A stretch of 63,400 nt of DNA, counting the filler, from Collodictyon triciliatum (taxonomy: Eukaryota), in NCBI GenBank assembly GCA_043381765.1. It is 5 parts of 5 records of this genome, joined end to end, with 100 filler letters (N's around TTAATTAATTAA, not from the genome) between each part and the next. Parts side by side here need not be neighbours in the genome. Positions count along the whole stretch, not along the records: positions 24,163 to 39,482 come from JBHJMP010000724.1; positions 39,583 to 51,104 come from JBHJMP010000725.1; 3 more parts are not named here. The stretch is one strand, 5' to 3'. Positions 36,601-49,167 of this stretch are shown here, piece after piece (position 1 is the stretch's first letter; each line of letters starts with the position of its first letter). Under the pieces are notes generated by a model that was not told the DNA's origin, searched no databases, and was given only the letters and a program-made list of their open reading frames with translations. The translations under genes and the position numbers were made by a program.

Positions 36601-39209
36601 TAATGCGGTATATAATAAATCGGAAACTTATCTAAATATTAGTTATTTTGAGTATAAAAAAAAAAGCACCTTGGAAAAATATTCTGTGACGTTTGTTATA
36701 TCTTTTCGAAGAAAATCAAGCGAATGTGGATGGTCATGCTCGACAGCTTGGGAGACATCAATAATGTACATTTGATTCTTAAAATATCTGCGATTATCAA
36801 CGAAATAAAACCAATAAATCAGCGAATGTTTGGTGGATGCCATTGAAAATTCTAGGTGTCTGAGAATATGGAAGATATCTCGGCAAAGGTCATAGTAATA
36901 TTGAAATGGAGGTATTCAAATGCATGTCACTCATACAGAATGTTGTATTCGCTTAAATCAGCATGCACGAGCTTGCAGACATGAAACATTCTTCTCATTA
37001 TTTTTATCAAATCGACATATCCTCTTGCAAGCTGCTCTTCATTTAACTCGGCATCTTTGAGGCGCGGTGCTGGCCTGTTTTCACCAACAAAATATATATA
37101 CTACGTAAAGGATATTATTTATAATCAATATTATCAATAGATCGATTTTACCATCCATCTCTCCCGATGAAAGACATCAGCAAAACGTGTAAACGAAGCA
37201 TGATCGGCTTTGGCGAAGGGATTTCTGCCATTTGGAGCCTGTAAAAAGGTTCATTTCAAAATTAAAGAATCAATTATATGTAACTAAATTACATAGCATT
37301 ATCATTAAGCCCATTATTTGATGAATATGGAATTATATTGATAGAGAACAAGGCACTCGAATAGTCATTCCTCAAGTCACGAGTAAAAAAAAAAAAAAAA
37401 CTTTCGGAATTTCAAGATCGAATAAAAGTATGACTGAGGTAAAGCGGGAATATAGATTGATATAGTGATACAAAATTATAGATTTGATTGTGATTGTTTT
37501 ATGCCTGTTTAGGTTTCTCATTTCTTTTTCCGCCCACATTTTGACCATTCTGCGAGGGTTGTGTTTACAGTAGCCATGTCGAAATCGAAATTCTCCTGTC
37601 ACATATCGATCTCGGTCTTTGAACACCAGGATAGATGTCTTGTAAACTTTGATGGCAAATTCTTCCTGATTTTCGCCAAAGGCATGGTACACATTGGCCT
37701 TGTGGGACGAAAATTTTAAGTCACAAGCCAACCATTTCATAAAGATTTTAAACTGGTGTGTGTATTCGAATCCCACTGTTATGACATACCTCTTTTCCAG
37801 TACTGACACATCCATTAACCTCGTCAAAAGCCTTTTTGTTTAGCATCTTGTACAGAATCATGCGGGTTCGAGGATCAAGGACAAGCTCAGATGTTGCTCG
37901 ATCAGATTTTTCGGTGACACGGATTCTATTTTTTAAAAATAATAATAATAATAATAATTGTTTTTAGATGATATGTGAATGCTAATCATAACAAAATTCA
38001 TATTCATCATGGTTTTATACTCGTGAATAACCAAAGAGAGTACTATACCATGTCTGTAATATGGGTAAATTATGAAATTGATATGACTGACCTCTGCTGG
38101 TCTTCCTTTTTTGCTACAGTTTTGTATGCGCTCGTTGCTGCTGCGGACAATTCCCTTTGATAGGTAATAAATGAAGATGTGAATTTTTTTAAAAAAAAAA
38201 GCATGCATTTGAATGTTTTTATCTGCTTTTGTTTTATTTTATTAATCTATGTATGAGTCCAAGACTTTCAATTCACACTTAAGCACAAAACCCAAAAAAG
38301 AGTTAGAAAGAAAACCTATTGGTTACGGGTTTGTTACTTTTTCTTTTCCTTACTTCTTATCTTCGACGGATATCCTGGTTAAATTGATTTTACTTTCAAA
38401 CTTGCGAATGTTGAACGCGTTTGGTTGCAATGCAGAGTTTCTGAGGCCACGGAATGCCTTCAGACCAGAAAGCCCGCCTATTGAGTGTGTAGAAAAAGTA
38501 AAGGTTAAGGGCTAAATAGATAAAAGTGAATCTCAGAAAGGAAGAGAGAAATAAAAAGGAATGTTGTGATATGATATGTTGTGATTCGATATGTTGTGAT
38601 TCGATATGTTGTGATTCGATATGTTGTGATTCGATGTATTGTGATGTGGTCTGATATATTGGGATGGGATGGGATGTGGTGTGATAGATTGTGATGTGAT
38701 AGATTGTGATGTGATAGATTGTGATGTGATAGATTGTGATGTGATAGATTGTGATGTGATAGATTGTGATGTGATAGATTGTGATGTAATAGATTGTGAT
38801 GTGATGTAATGTAATGTGGGAATGACATGAAAGAGCATGGCTTATAGAACCCTTAAATATATTGCATATAGAAATCACCACCTTCTTCTAAAAGCTCCTC
38901 CTCTAGCTCATCCAACTCGTTACCATAGTCATCCGCCCCAAAGTATTCATCATCGTCTTTCCCATTTACATCCAAATAGTCTGCTCCTCCCTCAGGTTCG
39001 GCGTAAGGATACAGATCTTGTTCAAATGATGCATAAGCGTCTGATTCTTCAGGATTGCTGAGATGTAGGTCAGTCGCTGTATTTTCTGATGTGCTGGGAC
39101 GGACTCTTCCTTTGTCGGCCACACCACCTTGGGCTCTGGTGAGGTCTTCGGGGTCTGAGTCCTCAAACTTCGCTCGGAGCTCTTCTGTGGTGTAATACCG
39201 TCGAGACAT
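33677..39209 (-). CDS. RIO1: RIO1 atypical Ser/Thr kinase (40S biogenesis), multi-exon
   Basis: Motifs [103 protein letters not shown] and C-terminal [18 protein letters not shown]. Confidence 0.96.
34814..35644. other. Gap-bounded segment carrying apparent 3' ends of two other convergent genes, placed inside a RIO1 intron
   Basis: + strand ag|[10 protein letters not shown] (34977-35009) and - strand ag|[12 protein letters not shown]...NQAT* (ends 35285). N gaps and (AAAC)n/(GTTTT)n repeats on both sides. Confidence 0.5.
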
Positions 39210-39582
39210 CTGGCAAGTTGTGAGTATTTCTTTGTATACTGTGCTCTGGTGGGTGCTGCTTCTCCTCCTGTCTGTATATTTGATGTTGTTTGTTGTTGTT
39301 GTTTGTTGTTTGTTGTTGTTTGTTGTTTGTTGTTGTTTGTTGTTGTTTGTTGTTTGTTGTTGTTTGTTGTTGTTTGTTGTTTGTTTCTTTTTATTTCTTT
39401 TTTATTTCTTTTTTATTTCTTTTTTATTTCTTTTTTATTTCTTTTTTATTTCTTTTTTATTTCTTTTTTATTTCTTTTTTATNNNNNNNNNNNNNNNNNN
39501 NNNNNNNNNNNNNNNNNNNNNNNNNNTTAATTAATTAANNNNNNNNNNNNNNNNNNNNNNNNNNNNNNNNNNNNNNNNNNNN

Positions 39583-39672
<90 letters not shown>

Positions 39673-39748
39673 TTAATAATATTAATAATAATAATGAGAA
39701 TAAGAATAAGAATAACCTCCTTTCATCTGCACGAAGGCCGCAGCATCC

Positions 39749-42700
39749 ATGTTTCCAACCCCCACGCGCAGCCGCTCGTCGCCTTCACCAAAGGCCCCAC
39801 CAGCACCAAACGAGGCAAACTACACACCGCCTCGTTCTTCTGTATCTGCCTCGCCTCCGCTCTCTCTTTCATCTTCAGCCTCAACACCCTCAAAGAAGGA
39901 TGCGTCGCACGTCTCCACCGTGCAAGTGATCAATGTCTTTGAAAACAAAAAGCGCTTCCAAAACGCACGAAACTTCACACGCCCCATCCTGAGTTCCACT
40001 CCACGATCGAACCAAGGGAGCCCCACGCTCGCAGCGAAAAGTGGCTTTCAGGACTCGCATGAGAGCTTCAGCGAAGGTTCTTTGAGGGGCATTCGGCTCA
40101 GTGGCTCCGATCATGGAGCTTTGCGCTCGACTGCAGACGAATCCTCACCCGTGGCTTCTGATTTGGCCGAGACAAAAGCTCGATCGAGAGTGGCTCTGAA
40201 ACAAAACTACGCCGCAGGGGAATCAGACGATGCGGGCAAAGATGAGAGGCAGAGGTGTGGTGACTATGGAGATGAAGAGAGTGGCATTGAGGGACATGCT
40301 CCAAGGCGAGTGGCTCGTGGCATCAACCTGCAACAAGTCATCCAGTTGCCACAAACCAAGGCGGATTCCAACGAGTTGGAGCAGATTGATATCCAGGACG
40401 AGGACATTCGAGATATAGTCAATGCCGTGTTGGGCGAGTGGAGAAGAGCTCATTCAAATGAAGGACTCGTGTTCAAGGACTCCATCGAGTGAGGACTTAT
40501 ATATATATCATTCTATGTAATTCATTTAATGTCATCGCCATACATATGTCGGAGAGGAAGAGATAACTTTGTTTATGAACACAACTATCTCGATAAGGTC
40601 ACTCTTTTTATGGATTTTTTTTAAACTTTGTATGTGTGTTTGTGTTTGTGTTTGTGTTTGTGCGCAACCACGCTCAATTGTGAGTTTCCATTTTAATTGA
40701 AATGGTTTCAAATAACAAGGAACTTAAAGAGCCAAATCCGTGCGTTGATGGACTTCGATGATAGCCAAGTAAGATTTTGAGAATGTGCCTTTCCACATGA
40801 TTCCGGTCTATCCATGGACAGAGTATCAATCTGGTGATTGAAAAGAAAATAATTTTTTTCTTTCGCAATTTTTGTTCATCCTTCTCGTGCTAATATATTG
40901 AAAATATACTCAGCTCAGAGTTTCTAATCAAACCGAAAAAAATATGAATATTCATCTAGTATCCCGAAAGCTCTTCAGAGATACATGAAGGTTAAATGTG
41001 ATATGAAATTTACAGTTTTTCTGTCGCGAATTTAATTTCAATCTTGGGCAGAAATTTCTGATTTAATTGTATTTTTTTTTTTTGTCAAAATCAGTGGATG
41101 AGATGTATCCTCCGTCGCCAACTCCGTCTCATGGTCTGCACTGGCAAGCACGTTCTTGTTTTATTCTTTTTATTCTTTTTTTATTCTTTTTTATTCTTTT
41201 TTATTCTTTTTTATTCTTTTTTATTCTTTTTTATTCTTTTTTATTCTTTTTTTATTCTTTTTTTTATTCTTTTTTATTCTTTNNNNNNNNNNNNNNNNNN
41301 NNNNNNNNNNNNNNNNNNNNNNNNNNNNNNNNNNNNNNNNNNNNNNNNNNNNNNNNNNNNNNNNNNNNNNNNNNNNNNNNNNTTTTTTATTCTTTTTTTA
41401 TTCTTTTTTATTCTTTTTTTATTCTTTTTTTATTCTTTTTTTATTCTTTTTTTATTCTTTTTTTATTCTTCTGGCCATTGAAAATTCTCTTTCCAACATA
41501 TTTGAACTCTTCATATAGGATTGGAAAACTCGTATCGACAATTTCCGGCGCTCTTCATTTCATATCACCCGCGATACGAATGAGAAAGATGTTTTGTTCG
41601 ACACTTCCCCAAAAAGTTTGGAATCTCAAATTAAGGAGGATGTAATATCTTGACCCTTTTTTCTTTTCTTTTTCGTGGATTGATGGGCTTATGCTATTTT
41701 AAATATGTGTGACACCCAAATGTATTTATTTTTCTTCAGAAACTTTCACCAAAGGCAAACGATGGAATAACATCAGAGTCGACTCATCCTTCGGTGAAGA
41801 TAACTCCCTTATTTTATTAAGATGATTCGGTTTCTGCCATCAAATGGACAGTATTATTAACTAATTCTCCAACAATTTAGATAGCTCGAACAAATACGAA
41901 CTCTGGCTTTTTTAATTGGAAAAAACAAACTGAAGTGAATTTTATATTTTTGATATGATTCTTGATATTTTGTAAAATTTCCGAAGTGTGACAAGCTCTG
42001 CATAAAAAATAAAAAAAAAATTGGCTAATTACTTTTTCTAAAGACGTCTGCCGCCATACAAAGCGCTATGGAAGACTTGCAAGCTCAAAAAATCAAATAC
42101 CAGTCTGAAAATCAAGAACTGAAAGAAACCGTCGAAAATCTAGAGATAATGTGAATAATTATATTCAGCATGCATGATTTTGCCAAAATACAAAAAGTTA
42201 GTTCAAGAAGGCAATTATTTTGAACATTTACTACGACTTAGGGTGAAGCAAAAGACCGAAAGGTGCCAAATTCTGGAGCAAGCAAATGCAACATTGGTGG
42301 GTGAATTAGAAGAACTGACGAAGTAGGCATTCCACCAAAATCGCATATATGATGAGTTTTCTTTTCTTTTTTTTTTTATTTTTTCGTCGGTGACCTCAAC
42401 AAAAATTTTGAAATAGAAAAGTGTAACGGAAAACTTAAAAATAAAGCCTCAACATTTCGAAAATTACTTCAATGCTAGGTCACTATTTGAGGAGGCGAAC
42501 ACTATGGTGTCACAAGCGAATCGCACCGCTCATGAAAGGGAATATGAGAGTAATTTGTTGAAGATAAAAGTTAACCAACAAGAACAAACAATAAAGCTTT
42601 TGGAACATGAGTAAGTATCTATTCTCGAAATAATTGTGCTCTCATAATTCTTAACAAGATATCAATTACAGGTTGGAATATGAAAAGAGTCGCATATACC

Positions 42701-44249
42701 ACAAATCTCTATCTTACATCACTGATAAGTTTCGTGATGTGAAGCTAAGCCTTCATGTAACTGATTTCCATTTTAGCACTTTATATACCAAGATTATCAT
42801 GTTTAAATTTAGTAATTTTGTATTTCCTTTCTGAAGTTGTCTTCAGATCAAATTATAAATACATCCAATTCTTCGAGCGAAGAGATAAAATCAAACTCTT
42901 GTCTGGGTATGAAATATGTCTTATGTATCCTCCTTTAGTCTATTTCTCAGTTTTGAAAAATATTTTTTCGTTCTCTTTTTTCCGTTTAAATAGAAATAAG
43001 GTTGTAATATTTTACGCCTCGATTCATTAGAGATGTGGCCTGAGTTAAGTTCCGAACTTCTGCTTAAGGAGTTTGATGAATTTACAAGGTGATAGCAATA
43101 ACAACTGTGATAAAAGCTTGTATTTACTTTTGTTAGTATTATAATATTTATTTAAAAAACCTAATATGACATAAAAATAAAAATAGACCCGATAGTGCGA
43201 CAACTCGTAGGATTGATGATTGTGCATTTATAAGACGAATTCTTTATGAAGATGTGGAGCCAAGCATTGAATATGTGTCAAAAAATGGTGTTAAAAAAGT
43301 ATAGTCTCTTGCTTCTTTTATGATAATTAAAAATTATTTATTTTATTTATGTGTGTCTGTCGTTGTTTCATGTTAGGAATATGTGTTATATCAATATTTA
43401 AATGTATATTCGTTTATTATGGAATTAGGATATATTAAATGCTATAAAATCAAAAACCATTGAGTTTAAAGTCTTGCGTGGGCCAGAGCTATTCCATGCG
43501 TCTGAAATGTGAATATACCTATTGGAAAAGTCATAATATTAAGATGTTGTGCATTTTAAAAATTGACAACACAGTACGGATAGTGGTCACCTCAAATACA
43601 AACCAAGTTTAATTAAAAACTAAACAGTCCTAGCCACCCCAAATCCCCAAGTAGCGTGGAAGATGGCATCCCAAAACAGTCTATTCTTGGGAAATCATTC
43701 AACTTCATGATGCATAGAGAAGTAACTATATGATTGAGATTGTGCATATTTTGCTTGGGTGACCTAGATGAAAGTTGTTTTTCTTTTCTGTGCCTTTTTT
43801 GTTTGTGTGATTTCCATGTGTTCAACATATTCTTTTTTATAACACCTTTTTTCTTTCATTAAAAAAATTATCCCTTTTCATACTCTGGCACTTACATATT
43901 TATGCACTAGAATTCGAACGTCCCGAGCTGCTATTTGTGTCAGCAAACAACATCCTTGAACTGCAAACTGAAACTAGGCAGCAACGAAAAATGGCTGACC
44001 ATCGACAGATATTGCTATGAGAAATTATATTCAGGTAAAAAAAAAAAAAAAAAACGGCTGTAAATATATATCTCCTATTGAGATTTACTACTGATAATTG
44101 GTATCACAGCATATAGGCTTTATTTGCTCTGCTGCCAGGTTTTCGAAGGTGATTCTCGGCCTATTCTTGAAATATTTCGGCAAATATCTATTGAAAGGGC
44201 TCGAGCCTTCTTTGCTCGAATAACACCACCTCTTATGGACTCGCGCTAA
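39749..44249 (+). CDS. SEC2: Sec2/Rabin8 (RAB3IP)-like Rab guanine-nucleotide exchange factor, multi-exon
   Basis: Spliced LVGELEELTK/SLFEEANTMVSQAN matches the Sec2 signature ELEELTASLFEEAN.MV. Also YEDVEP and C-terminal CYLCQQ..CKLKLG..WLTIDRYCYEKL...IFRQISIERARAFFARI, which resembles the Rabin8 C-terminus. Confidence 0.88.
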
Positions 44250-44898
44250 TGCCACGCTTGACTCGTTGACATTCGACTGAATGCGTTATGTATAATCAGA
44301 TTGGTCAGTGCGTAATAAAAAGAAAATCGTTTGTGTCATGCTTTCCAGACTCCACAGAAGAAAAAGAAAAAGAAAGCTAACTCATATGTTTGTGTTTTAA
44401 TGGTATGAAATGCGTTGTCTGAATGTACGCGTACACATCGAACCCCCTGTCGCGGTCGAGTGTGCAACCAAAAGAAGGCTGAGAGTAAACTTGCGTGGTA
44501 TCATTGTGACTGGGTCAGAGATCATTTACCATCGGCTGGTGTATCTTTGAATCTAATAAAGTATATAATCCATTTCTGTGTGGCGAAAAAAAAAACTGTT
44601 TTAAATTGTGTGAATACAGAGAATGTTCTGGTTGAAGGAAAACAAAATAATATGTCAAAATGGAGGTTCGTTGGATAAGAAAAATTAAATCAAATGGATG
44701 CTCAAACCCGCGCTACGAAACCCACGGCGCCGTGTTGAGACAGACAAGATCATTCTATACTCTGTAGCAGCGTATGTCAAAGGAAGAATACGCCTGCCTT
44801 AAAGCATGGTATCAGATTATGACAACGGATGAATATGCTGCGCTAGGTCCAGTCTAGTCACTAACATTGCATCAATCGAAGCAGAAAAGTCCAAAGAA

Positions 44899-46667
44899 AT
44901 GGGCTCATCTGTGCCAGTAGAGCAACTTTGTGGCCCCCTGGAAAATCAGACCCGAAATCGACATGTGACTGACTTCTCCTTGTCAAGCGCTTTGATAAAT
45001 GACTCAGTAGCCACGCCGATGAATCATGAATCGGTTATGCCTTGCAAGGAGTCGGCCCACGAGTTAGTCTTCCAACCAGTTGGCAGTGGGGTTGCTGTTG
45101 ATGTGAAAAGATTGGAAGAGAAAGAACCACGCATTGATCTGGCCCATCTTGGAGAATCGTGGATGGCTTCGCTGACTTACTCACTGAATACTGTTGCTTG
45201 GCTGTTTTACCATTCCATCATCCTGGCGTTTGTCCCTGTCATTATCATGGGTGCTATCTATGGCTCGGTATGGTTGTTTACCATCAACAACGAAAACATG
45301 TTTTATCATCTCATCGGCTCTAATTTAGTGTTCATAATGTCTGTTTATTTCACTATCTTTGTCGCTTGTCTGTACGTCTTTGGGAAAGAGAGAGTGATGA
45401 AGTTGATGTTTAAACTTGTGATTCCATTTGGCTTCATTCACTTTGTCTCATTTGTCTTGAGAGAGTGGCTCCAAGTATCGTTCTTGATGGCTGTTTACTA
45501 TGGCAGTTTTTTAATTTACTGCACCCTGATGATAAGATTCGTTCGAGGAAACAATAAGGATTGTATAGCAGAATCTAATGGGCAAAAAGTGGAAGTAGAA
45601 GACTCTCGGTTTCAGGTTTTATCGGTGGACGGAACCCCAAGTGCTTTGTTTAAAGGATTTGTTCCTTTCTTTGTGATGTATTTTCTATCATCCGTATACT
45701 TGATACCATATTTCATTGATGCACCCATGCTCCCTAGGTTGGTCGGGAGGGTGGTATTGTTTCCTATTCTCTTCAACATTGCAGACACCTACCAAAACAA
45801 TCTGCTGATTCAAAAATCCACAGAGTATTCGAAATACCGCATGATATTTGGCAACATAATGAATTTAATTTTACTCACGATTGTTAGGCTACTGATAGTT
45901 GATTCACCAAATTTGTACGAGGTTTCTGTGATGGCAGTCACATCTGGGTCTCAGAGATACTCCTAAGAATATCCTTCATTCCTAGATCTTTCTACATGAT
46001 GAGAGCAATCAACCACATGAAAACTATGAATTTTTCTTTTTGTAGAAATCTAAGCAAGGTTGAAAACTTCAGCAATGTAGAACCAGGGTTACCACCCACA
46101 CTAGTTGAATTGAGAGGACAGCACGAGGCCAAAGGGTCTATAAATCCGATACATCAGACGGATAGCACGCCCCAGTCACCAGAATCATGTCAAGAGCAAA
46201 GAGCCTCCCAGGTCGAATATCATTCTCCAAATTTCTTCAGCGTGACGCGAATAAGGTGCTTAGTGAAGAAAATGTATGAAGCTGACAAACTTACGCATTA
46301 TATACTCTTATTCCGCTCCAATCGGCTTTATTTTGTCTCTATGAGCGAATTACAGATGATTATTTACATTCCGGTCATGCTCTTCTTGTGTTACCCGGTT
46401 CGTGAATACCTTACGTACCGCACATTTGCTAATCTAAGCGATATGTTTCTGAGTATTCTGGTTCAATTTCCGGTTGAATTGGTAACACAGGTTATTTCGT
46501 TGACTTTGGAAAAGCACTGGTATGGTATAGAAATATCTGTCAAAAAGGAGTGGAGGTACAGCATGAAGCCATTTTTTATCGTGCAAAGTACACTCATATC
46601 AATTACGATTATATTTCTCTCCACTAATCCGTTCTGGTTGGATGTAGAGGACTGGCCTCAAGATTAA
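44899..46667 (+). CDS. Intronless multi-pass membrane protein split by a single frameshift (pseudogene or sequencing error)
   Basis: ORFs 44899-45966 and 45996-46667 both have many hydrophobic helices. One extra G at GGG 45946-45948 fuses them as AVTSGVSEILLRISFIPRSFYMMR. Confidence 0.75.
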
Positions 46668-46668
46668 G

Positions 46669-47265
46669 TTTTCTTTTTCTATTATTTCTCTCTTTTTCTT
46701 TTTCTTTTTCTATTTCTTTTTTCTTTTTCCTTTTTCTATTTCTTTTTTCTATTCTTTTTTCTATTCTTTTTTCTATTCTTTTTTCTATTCTTTTTTCTAT
46801 TCTTTTTTCTATTCTTTTTTCTATTCTTTTTTCTATTCTTTTTTCTATTCTTTTTTCTATTCTTTTTTCTATTCTTTTTTCTATTCTTTTTTCTATTCTT
46901 TTTTTTCTTTTTTTTTTTTTCTTTTTTTTTTCTTTTTTCTTTTTTCTTTTTTCTTTTTCTTTTTTCTTTTCTTTTTCCTTTTCTTTTTCCTTTTTCCTTT
47001 TCTCCTTTTTCTCTCTTTTTTTCTGTTTTTTCTCTCTTTTTTCTCTCTTTTTTCTCTCTTTTTTTTTTCTTCTTTTTCTCTTTTTTCCTCTCTTTTTCTC
47101 TCTTTTTCTCTCTTTTCTCTCTTTTCTCTCTTTTTTCTCTCTTTTTTCTTTTTTTTTTCTCTCTTTTTTCTCTCTTTTTTCTCTCTTTTTTCTCTCTTTT
47201 TTCTCTCTTTTTTCTCTCTTTTTCTCTTTTTTTCTCTTTTTTTCTCTTTTTTTCTCTTTTTTTTT
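46669..47265. repeat. Polypyrimidine low-complexity array including (TTTTTCTATTCT)n; representative of the many intronic and intergenic microsatellites (AAAC, ATT, TATC, CATA, ATTTCT, ATTCCT, TATTA)
   Basis: Seen directly. It explains the poly-K/R/E ORFs here. Confidence 0.95.
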
Positions 47266-47495
47266 CAACACTTTTCTCAAAAGTTGAAGTTTCGCAAGTT
47301 TGCATGGTATAACGCGGAATGACTAACATTTAAGCGAATAAATAAACAATCAAATGGTATAAAAGTGACATGCAAGCTCCCTATTACACTTATGTGCCCT
47401 CTTTCTTTTCTTTTTTCTTTCTTTCTGAAAGTCAATCTAAATTTCGGAGAAGCGTGTCCATGAACATTAGGTGCGCATTATGACCTTGTAGTGAC

Positions 47496-47552
47496 TCTTC
47501 ACCATCCTGCACAAAACTGAAAGGAAGAATAAAAAAAAAATTGATAAAAAAA
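47496..47552 (+). mobile_element. Short poly(A)-tailed retro-insertion, family B
   Basis: CACCATCCTGCACAAAACTGAAAGGAAGAATAAAAAAAAAA with a perfect 14-bp TSD GACCTTGTAGTGAC (47482-47495 / 47553-47566). Confidence 0.88.
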
Positions 47553-47641
47553 GACCTTGTAGTGACGATAATTTGACATGATAAAGCCCGTATTCGCGGG
47601 AATAAACTATTGTTCCAAATTTTTATGTGGCCGTAAACCAT

Positions 47642-48930
47642 CTACACAATGTATTCCTCATCATCGGCAACTTTCTTTGAATCCCAATGAGGCGAATTAA
47701 GTGAGGCCTCTGGGTTGCTGCTTGAAAGCAGCTTGAAATCAACAGAAGAGCGTCCTCTAACTATTCTTTGTTTCTGCCTAATCCAGAGAAAAAATGAACA
47801 GAGTGAGTGATTATGTGTATTATTCAACCGTGGTTGGGTCTGGAGAGACACAATAGTTTTTTTTTTCTCCCCTTTATTCAATTCAAAGTGAAGAGACGCA
47901 ATAGTTATAATTAAAAAAATGAAAAAAAAATAGGTGAGTGTATGGTCAACTTGTTAATGTATTAGTTCTTTACTTTCGAATAAGAAATATAAGCCGAAAA
48001 AATCGAACTAAATCCCTGAAAAGCCTCAACACCATGGCAGGGAGTGTATCTTTTTGTGTACCCTAAATATGATTTTTTTTTGTTTAAAAAAACGAAACGG
48101 TAAGAAAATCAGTTAAGGAAATATATTATAAGGACAACAAAATATATGAATTTGTTTCTTGATATCAAATTCTTATATCATCTACGAAAGTTCCTAGATG
48201 TTTCACTTACATCAAGCTCGAACCATAAAATGGTAAGAGATGCATAACATATAACCACTACTGATATATCAAGAATATTCGATATACTTTGAATGAACGC
48301 CTTGGTTTAAATTATGAAAATCTCTTAGTTTGGTGAACAATTTCGAAATAAAAGGCTTAATCGTGTGAATATACATTGATTAAACATGTCTGGGATAAAT
48401 GTTCTACCTTCTTCAAAACGATAATCCGAAAGATGACTTCCAATGCCAAGACCGTGTTGATGAAGAATTCAAGAAATATGACAACATTTGGTGATTCTCT
48501 TCATGATGTGCATTTTTTTGTATGGGCGCATTATTTTTTGTGTCGTAACCAAAGGAGGAAAATGAGAGAGAAAATTATGTATAAATTGCTTAGAAAAGGA
48601 CATTAAATTGGACATTATATCATCAGAATTATTTCTGTTCTCAGGCTGATAGGAATAAGATGCCTATCAACATTTTATGAAGAAAACCCTCAGCACTCGA
48701 TGTTATTTTATTGCTGTTCAAGTAATATTTTTATTGTTTTTTTATTTACTTACTTTTGCCAAGCAACTGATACAGTCCACGTCAACATCACCACATTCAA
48801 CAGGATTGTTAATAAATACAGAGTGGAGTACGCACTGGAATGTAATGCCTGGTTTGCTATCAGCTCTATTCGACTTGGAGGTGATAAAACCTTTGAGAAT
48901 TTCCAGGTGTTAAGTATTGGAAAATCGTGT
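47642..48930 (-). CDS. Stand-alone voltage-sensor-domain (S1-S4) membrane protein, multi-exon; start uncertain
   Basis: Exons: S1 LYLLTILLNVVMLTWTV, S2 IFLEFFINTVLALEVIFRI, S3 SNILDISVVVICYASLTIL, S4 VLRLFRDLVRFFRLIFLIRK, then a short tail ending DDEEYIV*. No pore domain. Confidence 0.75.
47859..47891 (-). mobile_element. Short poly(A)-tailed retro-insertion, family A, intronic
   Basis: Reverse complement CACTTTGAATTGAATAAAGGGGAGAAAAAAAA with TSD AGAGACACAATAGTT (47844-47858) / AGAGACGCAATAGTT (47892-47906). Confidence 0.8.
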
Positions 48931-49167
48931 TGCGTGATGTTACAACAATACGCATATGTAATAATCAACTTATTAAGGTGCCTATCAAACCCCTCATTGT
49001 ATACTTTGCAATATTCATGGAATTAGATGAAGTTTTCAAATACTTGAAAAATGGAAAAATAAAATAAAGGCGTATATTTTGTTCCCATTGTTCTCTTATC
49101 ATAATTATTATATTGGCATTTGAAAGGAAGGAATACAGGAACACATATGATAAACGCATATACTTTT

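Noticed and set aside
38560-38820. Regular 15-bp tandem repeats (GATAGATTGTGATGT; GATATGTTGTGATTC) as a possible CRISPR-like array
   Set aside because: No unique spacers. It is an intronic minisatellite in RIO1.
46624-47329. Long poly-Lys/Arg/Glu ORFs, and similar QTNK, IHTH, FVCL, YYIIL ORFs elsewhere
   Set aside because: These are translations of microsatellites or low-complexity tracts.
47642-48930. Hv1 proton channel call
   Set aside because: It lacks the S1 Asp and the S4 RxWRxxR signature.
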